DNA of 64,000 nucleotides from an uncultured Acidobacteriota bacterium (GCA_963700145.1 OY969474.1:3072001-3136000), one strand, 5' to 3'; positions 29,636 through 38,231 are shown, numbered from the stretch's first letter. The notes: generated by a model not told the origin, from the letters alone. Numbers and translations: made by a program.

Positions 29636-31360
29636 GCACGTCTTCCAACAGGGCGCCTCAACACCTCACACCCATGTCTCTCGAGGATTTCATTAGTAGC
29701 CACCGGGTGCCGCTTGAGGAGTGATTGATGGCAAAGAGTCGAAGTCTCACTATCATCCTCCTCAAGGGCGAGGTTACAGAACCGGCGGATTTCATACGGC
29801 CGGAGCGGTTGGGTGGAATGAGCACCCCTTTCTCCCTAGTCCTGAGGGATGCGACACCCGCTTGGCTCTTTGTCCGGAAGACTCACGCCCAGCCGCCACG
29901 ATGGGCAGGCTTCTTCCGTGATCACATCTCTGCAAATGATTTAGGCAGCGTGAGCACCGTGGCGGCAGTTCTTCTCATACGCATACGCGGGATCTGGTTT
30001 GCTCTCACCTTTGGCCAGGGACGCTATTTGCTCCTATCCGACAGGATCGTCGACGAGTTTGGTCTACGCACGACGCTCAACGCAGTGGAGGAGGGAAGCC
30101 TACGGAGCATCGATAAGGAAACGTTTGATGCGATCGCTAGCCACTCTCGCCTGCAGGCCAATCAGGGGACCGACACAAGTGAGTTCGGCCTCGATGTCGA
30201 ACGAGACCTTCTACGTGCTGTAACTGGCACTCCCTCCAATGAAGCTTTGGGAGAACGTCTAAGCGGAATGGACGCGCTTGCGGTCAGCAGCCAGACCGCA
30301 CTAGATGCTGTGCCGGAGCTGCTGGCTGGTTTGCTACAGATGTACCAGGAGGATACCTATCTTTCAAAGTTCCCGTGGGTCGAAAATATTCGTGCGGTTC
30401 GGGAGCCGGATCTTCTCGCTGACCTGGATGCGGCGCTCTTCAATGCCATTCTCGCAAAGGACTTCAACAACACATGGCTGGCTCCCCCACAGGTCTTGGA
30501 TTGGGCCGATGTGCGCTACTTCGGATATAGCGACTCTGACAGCGCCCACGTCTTTACGGACATTCACTGGAGAACCCTGCTCCGAAACATGAAGGGTCCA
30601 CTTTCGCGAGAAGCACTAAAGCGCAAGAGGATATATTGCTTTGGTGAAGACGGGAACATTCTGCGCGACTGGCCGGCATTCAACTGTATTTACGCAGAAG
30701 TCCAGATCGGCAAGGATTATTATCTGTTGACTACCGGTCAGTGGTATAAGGTTTTCCCCGAATTCGTCGATGAAGTCGAGGAATGGTTCAAAAACTTCCC
30801 GAGGCGCAAGGCTGACTTACCAATCTATGACCATGATTCCGAGGAGCAGTACAACGAACACGTCGCCGCTACGAGTAAGGGCCATTATGCGCTACTTGAC
30901 CAGCGAACGGTCGTTTATGGTGGAGGGCGAAGCCGCATTGAATTTTGCGACCTCCTGGGGCTTGACGGCGAGATTGTACATGTGAAGCGGTATTCGGGCT
31001 CTCGTGACCTTAGCCACCTTTTCGCCCAGGGCTTTGTTTCTGGTGAGTTGCTACGAATCGACCAAAGTTTTCGCGACGCCCTTCGAGGCGTAGTGCCGCG
31101 ACAGCACTGGAGGGCTTGCCGACTTGGCGGCAAGCGCGTTCCGGGACGCCAGGTCACATTTGCCATCATCTATAGATCAGAAGGGCCTTTTTTCTTGCCC
31201 TTTTTCTCTAAGATCTCTCTGCGGCAGGCTGCCCGTCGCTTGACGGGATACGAGTACAGTGTAACGTTGGCTCGGGTGAACATGAACCAGATTAGAGCAC
31301 GGCTCGAAAAGAAGAAGAGCGATGCACTCTAGGCACGTCTTCTCTTGGCGCTTCAAACTC
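29636..31360. repeat. imperfect ~30-bp direct repeats flanking the TIGR04141-like gene
   Basis: 29636 GCACGTCTTCcaacagGGCGCcTCAAcacCTC versus 31333 GCACGTCTTCtcttGGCGCtTCAAaCTC. Confidence 0.5.
29728..31332 (+). CDS. TIGR04141/DUF6119-like sporadically distributed protein
   Basis: ALTFGQGRYLL, FGLRTTLN, FGLDVERDLLRAVTG, EEQYNE, IEFCDLL and HVKRYSGSRDLSHLFAQG. Low GC. Confidence 0.8.
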   Translation: MAKSRSLTIILLKGEVTEPADFIRPERLGGMSTPFSLVLRDATPAWLFVRKTHAQPPRWAGFFRDHISANDLGSVSTVAAVLLIRIRGIWFALTFGQGRYLLLSDRIVDEFGLRTTLNAVEEGSLRSIDKETFDAIASHSRLQANQGTDTSEFGLDVERDLLRAVTGTPSNEALGERLSGMDALAVSSQTALDAVPELLAGLLQMYQEDTYLSKFPWVENIRAVREPDLLADLDAALFNAILAKDFNNTWLAPPQVLDWADVRYFGYSDSDSAHVFTDIHWRTLLRNMKGPLSREALKRKRIYCFGEDGNILRDWPAFNCIYAEVQIGKDYYLLTTGQWYKVFPEFVDEVEEWFKNFPRRKADLPIYDHDSEEQYNEHVAATSKGHYALLDQRTVVYGGGRSRIEFCDLLGLDGEIVHVKRYSGSRDLSHLFAQGFVSGELLRIDQSFRDALRGVVPRQHWRACRLGGKRVPGRQVTFAIIYRSEGPFFLPFFSKISLRQAARRLTGYEYSVTLARVNMNQIRARLEKKKSDAL

Positions 31361-31454
31361 CGTAATCGCTCGAAAGGCGCTGTGCGTAGCCGGAGCTCCG
31401 ACTGCTCGCGATTTCTTTCATCGCTTCCATGCTTGCCGTGCTCCCGAGGCTAAG

Positions 31455-32069
31455 TCAGAGTTTCGCCATCGCCAGCATCCTGCTCCTCCGCACCGCCCCG
31501 CAGTCCCAGTGCCAGGTCGGCCCCTGATACGGCACCTCCAGGTGCATCCACCAGCCCTTCTCCTTGGGCCACAGGCCCCGCTGCGCCTGCTTCCGCCGCC
31601 GGTTGTTGGCCGCCCACGGCAGCGGCATGTCCGAGCAGTCGTCCGGCCAGTCGTTCGGGACTCGTAGCGGAATCCCAAGCGCCTTTTCGCAGAAGGCAAG
31701 GATGGCGACGGTCGGGTCCAGCGTTGCCGCCTTCGGGAGCCACAGCTTCTGCTTGCTCCTCGCCACCATCTCGACCTGCACCTGCGCGTGGACGTTCGCA
31801 GTGTTGTTCCTGCCGGGCCGAAGGGTGGACGCCTGCACGTTGAGGGGCCGGCACTGGACGATCGTGTGCTCGCCGGCGATGAAGTGGGGGGCGGCGTTCT
31901 GCTGGCGGAGGGTGCGCCACGCCGCCTCCACGGTGTCGCCCTCGGTCGTGTGGAGGACGCCGATCAGGGTGCTGCCGTTGAGGTAGTACGGCTTGCCGCC
32001 CGGGCGCGGGATCTCGCGGCGGACGACTTCGTAGTCCCCGATGCGCGTGAGCCAGCGAAGGTCGGCCAT
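31455..32069 (-). CDS. N-acetylmuramoyl-L-alanine amidase-like protein (Amidase_2/endolysin-like)
   Basis: GVLHTTEG, APHF, VQVEMV and HLEVP...HWDCG Zn-ligand pattern. No signal peptide. Confidence 0.7.
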   Translation of the reverse strand: MADLRWLTRIGDYEVVRREIPRPGGKPYYLNGSTLIGVLHTTEGDTVEAAWRTLRQQNAAPHFIAGEHTIVQCRPLNVQASTLRPGRNNTANVHAQVQVEMVARSKQKLWLPKAATLDPTVAILAFCEKALGIPLRVPNDWPDDCSDMPLPWAANNRRRKQAQRGLWPKEKGWWMHLEVPYQGPTWHWDCGAVRRSRMLAMAKL

Positions 32070-32072
32070 CGC

Positions 32073-32816
32073 TCACGCTCCGAGGAGCTTCGGCAGGTAC
32101 TCGGTCAGGGCCGGTATGTAGACGACCGCCTTGGCGAGCAGGGCCTCGAACTTGAAGATCAGGTCGAGCAGCCGCTCGAGCTGGTCGAGGTCGAGATGGG
32201 TGCCCTGCTTTCTCGCGCGGAGGTAGTGGACGGTGAGCTTGCCCACCGCCTGCTCGACGGCCTCCTTGAGCCCGGCGGCGCCGTGGATGCGGTAGTCGGT
32301 CAGGGCGGCGCGGAGGGCCTGGAGGATTTCGAGGCTGACCTGGCGGAGCGCGGGGTCGAGCTCGGCGCTGGCGGTGAAGGCGAAGAGAGCGTTGAGGCGG
32401 GCCTCGACCTCGGCGAGGTCGTCGGTCGCCAGCGAGGTCTCGGGGAACTCCTCGGCGATGCGGGCGCCGCAGAACTCGACGGACTTACAGACGGCCTCGC
32501 CGAGGGCCTCCTGGAAGGGAGCGTAGCGGCGGGAGTCCTGGTCGAGGCGGGCGCCGAGGAGGGCCTTGCGCGCCGCGGGGAAGTGGCGGAGGTAGCGCTG
32601 GAGGTCGACGCCCGGGATCGAGCGGATCGCGGCCTCGGACTGGACGAAGAGGTCGTCGACGGCGAGGAGGCGGCGGCGGAGGGCGAGGTCGTCGTCCGGC
32701 TGGAGCTCGAAGACCTCGGCGAGGACTTGGCGGATCGGGCGCCCCTCGCGGCTCGCGTCGCGCAGGGCGAGGAGCATCTTGTGGAGGCGGAGAGCGGAGT
32801 TGATCGTGCGGTCCAT
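32073..32816 (-). CDS. hypothetical all-helical protein
   Basis: Clean ORF with a GAGAGG RBS, 3 nt from the next gene. Confidence 0.7.
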   Translation of the reverse strand: MDRTINSALRLHKMLLALRDASREGRPIRQVLAEVFELQPDDDLALRRRLLAVDDLFVQSEAAIRSIPGVDLQRYLRHFPAARKALLGARLDQDSRRYAPFQEALGEAVCKSVEFCGARIAEEFPETSLATDDLAEVEARLNALFAFTASAELDPALRQVSLEILQALRAALTDYRIHGAAGLKEAVEQAVGKLTVHYLRARKQGTHLDLDQLERLLDLIFKFEALLAKAVVYIPALTEYLPKLLGA

Positions 32817-32828
32817 CGGGAGCCTCTC

Positions 32829-33776
32829 CTAGCCCTCGCCGATCGTCAGCGCCTCGCCCGGCACCTCCGGCGCCGGGGTCAGCCAGTTGCGGCCGACGGC
32901 GGCCTCATGCCCGCCGGGCTCGTTCCAACGGACGAGGACCCAATCGCACGGGCTCATCCAGCCGTTGCGCGGCGTTGCGGACGGGCGCCGGAGGCTGGCG
33001 ACGAGGCCGTCGTCGAAGCGCACGACGCGTAGGGGCAGCAGGAGCTTCGGCGGGAAGGGGCCGGAGGTCGCCCGCTCGCGCAGCTCGGCGCGCACGGCGG
33101 CGATGTCGAGGCGGATGGAGGCGAGCCAGCGGAGCGCGCCGTAGTAGTCGGGGTCGCGGCTGGTGCCGGGAGTCGCCAGCTCCTCGGCGCTGACGATGCG
33201 GCCGTCCGAGCGCCGGTGCGGCAGGCCGAGGACCGCGCGGAGGAGCGCCGCGGCCGCCTGATTGCGGGGGACCTGGGTGCGGGTGCGCAGGCCCGGCAGC
33301 CAGGGCTCGCCGTCCGGCGAGGAGACGGCGTGGTAGAGCCGGAGCGCGCGGCCGAGCCAGTCGAGGGTCTGCTCGCGCAGCTTCGAGCGGCCGGACTCGA
33401 CCGCCAAGCGGAGCAGCGCGACGTGTGCTTCGAGGTGCATGCCGGCGTGGGGGTCCGGGCAGAGGCACTCGCCGCGGAACATGCCCTGCTTGCGCTCGAG
33501 GGCGTAGAGCTTGTCGGCGTGGGCCATGGCGTGCAGGTACTCCTCGAACACCGCCATGAAGGCCTTCAGGTCGGCGGCCTCGAGGAGGTAGACGCGCCAG
33601 GCCCAGCTCGCCACGAGCATGGCCTGGTAGTTGGCGGTCTCGCGCCAGGGGCCGCCGTCGAGGCCGAGGATGCGGCGGTAGTAGGGCTCGGTGCGCGGGT
33701 CGGAGACGACCTCGCCGCTGAGGCACGCGGCGAGGCGGGCTTGGAGGGCGACGTGGGCGCGGGCGCGGGCCATCAC
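32829..33776 (-). CDS. hypothetical protein
   Basis: Protein-like composition. Start overlaps the upstream stop (GTGA). Confidence 0.7.
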   Translation of the reverse strand: MMARARAHVALQARLAACLSGEVVSDPRTEPYYRRILGLDGGPWRETANYQAMLVASWAWRVYLLEAADLKAFMAVFEEYLHAMAHADKLYALERKQGMFRGECLCPDPHAGMHLEAHVALLRLAVESGRSKLREQTLDWLGRALRLYHAVSSPDGEPWLPGLRTRTQVPRNQAAAALLRAVLGLPHRRSDGRIVSAEELATPGTSRDPDYYGALRWLASIRLDIAAVRAELRERATSGPFPPKLLLPLRVVRFDDGLVASLRRPSATPRNGWMSPCDWVLVRWNEPGGHEAAVGRNWLTPAPEVPGEALTIGEG

Positions 33777-34186
33777 CCGGCCTCCGCGCGGCGGGTCGCC
33801 TGCGCCGCGTCCACGGTCTCTTCGATCGCCTGAGCGATGGCGCCTACCCGGACCACGTACCGTCCCGCACCGCGGGCGAGCTGGCGGTCGCTCTGGGTGA
33901 GCTTGCGGTCGGAGGCCTTGCGGCCGAGCCCCGAGAGGAAGCGCTCGAGGTACCGGAGGTCGGCGGCGGCGGCGCGCAGCGCGGTTTCTATCTGCGTCAC
34001 CTCGCCGGGCGGCTCCAAGGCCGGCAGGGTCGCGGCGAACTCGGCCAGCTCCGCCAGGAGGAGGCCCAGGTTGTGCTGCAGCGAGGTGTGGGGGAAGAGG
34101 GCCGCGAAGGTCTCGCGGAATGCCTCGCCGGCGCTGACGGGCGGCTCGGCGGGGCCTTGCGGGGTGGGTCGCTTCGGGGCGGGCAT
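33773..34186 (-). CDS. hypothetical helical protein
   Basis: GGAGG RBS, and its stop overlaps the next start. Confidence 0.7.
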   Translation of the reverse strand: MPAPKRPTPQGPAEPPVSAGEAFRETFAALFPHTSLQHNLGLLLAELAEFAATLPALEPPGEVTQIETALRAAAADLRYLERFLSGLGRKASDRKLTQSDRQLARGAGRYVVRVGAIAQAIEETVDAAQATRRAEAG

Positions 34187-34232
34187 TCGAGAACCTCCAT
34201 TCGTTCGACGCGCCGTTGTGAGAGAGCGGTGC

Positions 34233-34265
34233 GCCGCCGGCGGAGGTCAGATCTCCGCCGGCGGC
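34233..34265. terminator. 13-bp perfect hairpin downstream of the 34287..34709 gene
   Basis: GCCGCCGGCGGAG-gtcagat-CTCCGCCGGCGGC, with no clear U-tract. Confidence 0.55.
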
Positions 34266-34286
34266 CGTTGTGCTGGGCCCGCTCGG

Positions 34287-34709
34287 TCAGCCGGCGGTCG
34301 GCTCCTCCTCAGCCGATGCCGGGGCCGGAGCGGGGGTTGGAGTGGGTGTGGTGCCGGGGACCGGCGGTTGGGTCTCGTCCTTCTTCGGCGGCCGCCCGGA
34401 CAAGGCGTCGGGCTTGAGCCCGAGCTCGTGCAGGACGTTGGCGCGCTTGCCGTAGGTTCCCTTGAGGCGGAACACCATCCGGCCGTAGAGCTCGGCGGTG
34501 CGTTCTTCGGCGATCGCCCGTTGGCGGACCGCCTCGCGGAGCCGGCCTTCGTGGACGTCGGACTGCAGGAGCAGCGCATCGATCTGCTGGACCAGGGCCG
34601 CGAGCTCGGTGTGGTCGGTGGTGAGGAACTCGACCTCGCCGAGGCGGGACTTGAGCCCCTCCGCGAGGAGCCGCCAAGACTTGAGTCGTTCTCCTAGGGT
34701 GTCAGGCAC
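34287..34709 (-). CDS. hypothetical helical/coiled-coil protein with Pro/Thr-rich tail
   Basis: AAAGGAG RBS then GTG at 34709. Long amphipathic helices end in YGKRANVLHELGLKP. Confidence 0.75.
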   Translation of the reverse strand: MPDTLGERLKSWRLLAEGLKSRLGEVEFLTTDHTELAALVQQIDALLLQSDVHEGRLREAVRQRAIAEERTAELYGRMVFRLKGTYGKRANVLHELGLKPDALSGRPPKKDETQPPVPGTTPTPTPAPAPASAEEEPTAG

Positions 34710-34776
34710 GACGGGTTCTCCTTTCGTTCGTTGGGGATTGAGGGTGCGACGCTCCGCGACGCCCGCCGAGCGGCGC

Positions 34777-35028
34777 GAAATGGCCTGCGGGAGGCGCGGA
34801 ACTCCTTGCGGCGGCTTCGGAACCCATTCCCGGAGCGTGGGAATGGGTTGCGCGGGCCGGGGAATGGGTTGCGGAGCGCCGGGAACCCTTTCCGAGCGGC
34901 TCGGAACAGGTTCCGCGGCGCGCGCAACTAGTTCCCGGCGTCGCGCAATCAATTCCCGGCGCCGCGCAACAGGTTCCGAAGAGCGCGCAGGAGGTTCCGA
35001 GGTCCCGGGAGGACATTTCGGGGCTTCC
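34777..35028. repeat. array of twelve 21-bp units with palindromic core G[GC]AA-N4-TT[GC]C plus a 9-nt GC-rich variable linker
   Basis: Units start at 34777, 34798, 34819, 34840, 34861, 34882, 34903, 34924, 34945, 34966, 34987 and 35008, e.g. GGAACCCATTCC, GGAATGGGTTGC, GGAACAGGTTCC, GCAACTAGTTCC. End units are degenerate. Confidence 0.9.
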
Positions 35029-35036
35029 GGCGGGGG

Positions 35037-35252
35037 TTACGCCACCTTCTCCAGGGCCGCCGCGAGCTCCAGCTCCTCCGGAGCCAGGGCGCGGGCGGTC
35101 TTGGCGGTGGTGAGGGTGAGGGTGACGGCGCCGCCGGCGATCTGGACGCCGCTGATGCGCCATTCCGGCATCGCGCGGAGCAGCTCCTGGATGCGCTCCG
35201 CCTTCAGATGCTCGGTGACGGGGGTGGGGGGCGGTTTCTGGGGCTTGGCCAT
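35037..35252 (-). CDS. small hypothetical protein; N-terminus resembles the pterin-4a-carbinolamine dehydratase-like fold
   Basis: AGGAG RBS and LKAERIQELLRAMPEWRI. Fold similarity is tentative. Confidence 0.65.
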   Translation of the reverse strand: MAKPQKPPPTPVTEHLKAERIQELLRAMPEWRISGVQIAGGAVTLTLTTAKTARALAPEELELAAALEKVA

Positions 35253-35253
35253 G

Positions 35254-36018
35254 TCAGGTCTCCTGTGAACCGGGACCGGGCGGGATGCCCGGGCCCGAAG
35301 TCGAGTCGGCGAGCTTGTGGACTTGGGTGAAGAGGACGCGCGCCCGTTCGCCGAGGGCGAGGGCTTCTTCGGTGCGGCCTTGTTCGCCGCGCAGCTCGGA
35401 GAGCAGGCGGCAGAAGGTGGCGTTGACGGCGAGGTCGGTCGCCAGATCGAGGCGGGCCTGGGCCTGCTGGAACGCCCAATCGGCGCCGGTCAGATCGCGC
35501 CGGTGGCGCCGCGCGTTGCCGACCAGGGCCCAGGCCTGGCTGGTCAGCTCGGCCAGTAGCGTCACCGGCACGCGCGCGACGTCGAGCTTTCCCACCATCG
35601 TGATGACCAGCCGTGCCAGGTGCTCGCCTTCGCGCGGATCCGCGGCAGTCACTTCGGCGCTCTTGTCGAGGAGGAGGATGGCGAGCGAGGCCGAGGGGCG
35701 CGCGACGGCGGCGCGCTGGTCTCGCCGCAGGCGCAGCAGCTTGTCCAGCTCGCGCTGCGCGGCTTCGCGCTCGCGGAAGATCCCCGGGACCTCCGCCGCG
35801 AGCTTCTTCTCGAGGGCGGTCCACATCGCGCTGTAGTCGAGAGGGCGAGAGCGGCGGGAGGGATGTTCGGGGGAGGCGGCGGGCGTCTGGGCGGCGAGGA
35901 CTTCGCGGAGGACGGCGCGGCAGGCGTCGCAGACGAGAGCGTGGGCGAGCTGCCGCCGCTCGGCCCGCGGGACCGGGGCGAGGACGAACAGGGCGTCGAA
36001 GTGACTCAGGTGGGCCAT
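35254..36018 (-). CDS. HxxxCxxC Zn-finger-like plus TPR-like protein
   Basis: HALVCDAC and TPR-like AWALVGNARRHRRDLTGADWAFQQA. ATG at 36018. Confidence 0.72.
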   Translation of the reverse strand: MAHLSHFDALFVLAPVPRAERRQLAHALVCDACRAVLREVLAAQTPAASPEHPSRRSRPLDYSAMWTALEKKLAAEVPGIFREREAAQRELDKLLRLRRDQRAAVARPSASLAILLLDKSAEVTAADPREGEHLARLVITMVGKLDVARVPVTLLAELTSQAWALVGNARRHRRDLTGADWAFQQAQARLDLATDLAVNATFCRLLSELRGEQGRTEEALALGERARVLFTQVHKLADSTSGPGIPPGPGSQET

Positions 36019-36195
36019 TTCTTGGCGAGAGGCCGGTGGGCGGGGCCATCGAGCAAAGCTTGTGGGGAATGGCCCCAACTTTGTGTCCCCGCGGCCCGCA
36101 CGCCGGGTACTTTCACCGAGGTATTGTGCTCTGTCAACCCGTTGTGTCTAGAGAAACGGTAAGGGGCACCCGGAGCGGTGGTGTACACTTCCCCC

Positions 36196-36612
36196 ATGGA
36201 CCCGAGCTGGGAGCCGCAGCCGGAGGGCAAGAGGCTGGCCGAGGCCCTCCAGCGGAAGATTCGCGAGTCGGGGCTGGGCTACAGCGAGGTCGAGCGCCGG
36301 CTAGGGATGGGGAAGGACACCCTGCGCCACATCCTGAGCGGCAGGGTCGAACTCAAGGCCAAGCACGTCTACGGGGTTCTCAAGGCTTTGGGGGTCGCGC
36401 CCCCGGAGTTCTTCGCCGAGTTCTACGGGCTGCTGACGCCGGCCCAGGTCGCCAGCCAGCACCTCCACCCGCAGTTTCTGCCGAGCCTCTTCCGCGTCGA
36501 GAGGGGCGCGGTCTGGTTCATCGCCCGCAAGCTCAAGGAGAAGGGCATCCTCACCGACGAGGAAGTCGCGGCGTTCGTCGCCGAATACGAGCGGAGGGGG
36601 CCGACGCTCTAG
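36196..36612 (+). CDS. XRE/Cro-family HTH transcriptional regulator
   Basis: GLGYSEVERRLGMGKDTLRHILSGRVEL...LGV....FF. ATG lies 6 nt after TACACT (leaderless-like). Confidence 0.85.
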   Translation: MDPSWEPQPEGKRLAEALQRKIRESGLGYSEVERRLGMGKDTLRHILSGRVELKAKHVYGVLKALGVAPPEFFAEFYGLLTPAQVASQHLHPQFLPSLFRVERGAVWFIARKLKEKGILTDEEVAAFVAEYERRGPTL

Positions 36613-37901
36613 CCGGCTTCGGGGCGGTAGGACCGGCGGAGGCGGCCGGCGAGGTCGTGCAGCACCGCCAGCGCGTGCTCTCCCTGGCGGCCCATCTGAC
36701 CCAGTTCGAGCAGGGCGCCGAGCAGCTCCCGGGTGGCGCCCAGCGCCTGGTAAATCGGGATCGTTTCGCCGATCGTGCGCAGAACGCCGGCGCGGTCGCC
36801 CAGTCGCAGGTAAACCTCGGCCAAGTCGAGCGAGACGTCGGCCACTTCGACTCGCAGGTCGCGCTCGAGGAAGCCTTCGCGCACCTCCAGCAGCCGGGCG
36901 GCCGCCGCCGGGAGGAGACCGAGGTCGCGTTCGATCATGGCCCCTTGCCACTGCCACTTCAGAAGGTGGATCGTGTCTTCACAGACTTCGAAGGCGGCTT
37001 GCCCACGCATGAACAGAAGGTAGGCCGCGATCGGGCGCCCGAGGTCGATGAAGCAGCGCACGAGGTTGTTCGTGGCGGCGCGCGCAAGGTCGTCGGCATC
37101 GCACTGCTGCGCAAGGTCGAGGCCGGCCTGCAATGGCTCGAACGCGGACTCGGGATTGCCGGCGTAGATGTGCGCGATCCCTAGCTTCACCGCGGCGGCA
37201 CTCTCGCCGCGGGGATTGCCGGCGGACCGGTAGCAGCTCGCTGCCTCGGCCGCGAGAGCTGTCGCTGCCTCGAACTCGCGGTGGAATAGGCGAAGAGAGA
37301 AGAAGTGCTCACAGATCCAGCCGCGCACCTCCGGGTCCCCGCTCCCCGCCTCTTGATGAGCGAAGGCCGTGGCGAAGGCGCGCTCGGCTTCCGGCAACTC
37401 GCTCCGGAGCCGGTGTGCGTTGGCGAGGGCCGCCCAGGCGCGGGCCTGAGCATCGTGCGGCGCGGGGACGCTGCCCGCCTTGGTGGAGGCCGCTGCTTGC
37501 GCCGCCGCGACGGCGAGCCGGGCGTCTTGCCACATTCGCTCCGGGTCGCTGTGGCATGCCGCGAGGCTCCGCTCCGCGAGCAGGTCCGCAACTGCGCAGG
37601 CGGCAAAGCGGCCGGAGTTCCGGATCACAAGCTCCCGCTGCGCGAACGGCAGCGCGTCGATCTCGGTGAGCAGGCGCTCGGCGGTCCTCCGCGCGAGCTG
37701 GCGGTCTACCGCTGCCTGAGTTCTGGAGAAGGTTTCCGCGTAGGAGGTCTCGGGCGCCAGGAAGCCGCGCAGGGTCTCCTTGCAGCTCGTGCAGCCCGCC
37801 AGAAGATGGCGGACGAGGCGCTGGCCCTCCTCACCGGAGGCCTTCCCGCTCGCGAACCTTGCGGCGACCTCCGCAGGGACCTCGTGCTCGCTGTCGCTCA
37901 C
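36609..37901 (-). CDS. Zn-finger-like (HLLAGCxxC) plus TPR-repeat protein
   Basis: RHLLAGCTSC and multiple TPR-like helices (AWAALANAHRLRSELPEAERAF; LDLAEVYLRLGD). Paralogous segment in 35254..36018. Confidence 0.8.
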   Translation of the reverse strand: MSDSEHEVPAEVAARFASGKASGEEGQRLVRHLLAGCTSCKETLRGFLAPETSYAETFSRTQAAVDRQLARRTAERLLTEIDALPFAQRELVIRNSGRFAACAVADLLAERSLAACHSDPERMWQDARLAVAAAQAAASTKAGSVPAPHDAQARAWAALANAHRLRSELPEAERAFATAFAHQEAGSGDPEVRGWICEHFFSLRLFHREFEAATALAAEAASCYRSAGNPRGESAAAVKLGIAHIYAGNPESAFEPLQAGLDLAQQCDADDLARAATNNLVRCFIDLGRPIAAYLLFMRGQAAFEVCEDTIHLLKWQWQGAMIERDLGLLPAAAARLLEVREGFLERDLRVEVADVSLDLAEVYLRLGDRAGVLRTIGETIPIYQALGATRELLGALLELGQMGRQGEHALAVLHDLAGRLRRSYRPEAG

Positions 37902-37985
37902 AGAACCCGCATTCTAACGGAAAGACGTAGACGCGGCGCCGCTCGACCGGCCGGCCGGCGCCGGCCGAGCGGGTATAACTCTGCA

Positions 37986-38231
37986 TCAGGGCTTGCAGGG
38001 CGCTCCGCTCGGATCGATGCACGACCCGTGATCCCCGGTCGGCAGCGGCCCGCCCCCGATCCCTCCCAAGCCGAACCACCCCGCCAGCCGTGCGAACCAG
38101 CCGGCGATCCGGCCGCCGTGGCTCACGGCCACCAGCGGCGTATCCATCACCCCGGCCTCCGCGGCCGGCACCGCCGTCAAGACACACGCCACCACCGCCA
38201 GCCCGAAGGCCGCTTTTCGCAAACCTTTCAT
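37986..38231 (-). CDS. small secreted peptide with C-terminal GSCIDPSGAPCKP
   Basis: GGAGG RBS then ATG at 38231. Sec signal peptide ending AEA and an amphipathic WFARLAGWF segment. Confidence 0.75.
   Translation of the reverse strand: MKGLRKAAFGLAVVACVLTAVPAAEAGVMDTPLVAVSHGGRIAGWFARLAGWFGLGGIGGGPLPTGDHGSCIDPSGAPCKP

Noticed and set aside
34777-35028. 21-bp array as a CRISPR array
   Set aside because: The period is too short, variable parts are only 4 and 9 nt, repeats are not identical and there are no cas genes.
34694-35163. Heptad-repeat ORFs across the array (34731..34931 +, 34694..34927 -, 34702..35163 -, and the extension to 34952)
   Set aside because: Several frames are open because the unit is a multiple of 3 and GC-rich. 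The clear RBS points to GTG 34709. Coding is not fully excluded.
31455-38231. Intact prophage
   Set aside because: A repressor-like gene and an amidase are present, but no integrase, terminase, portal, capsid or tail genes were recognised.
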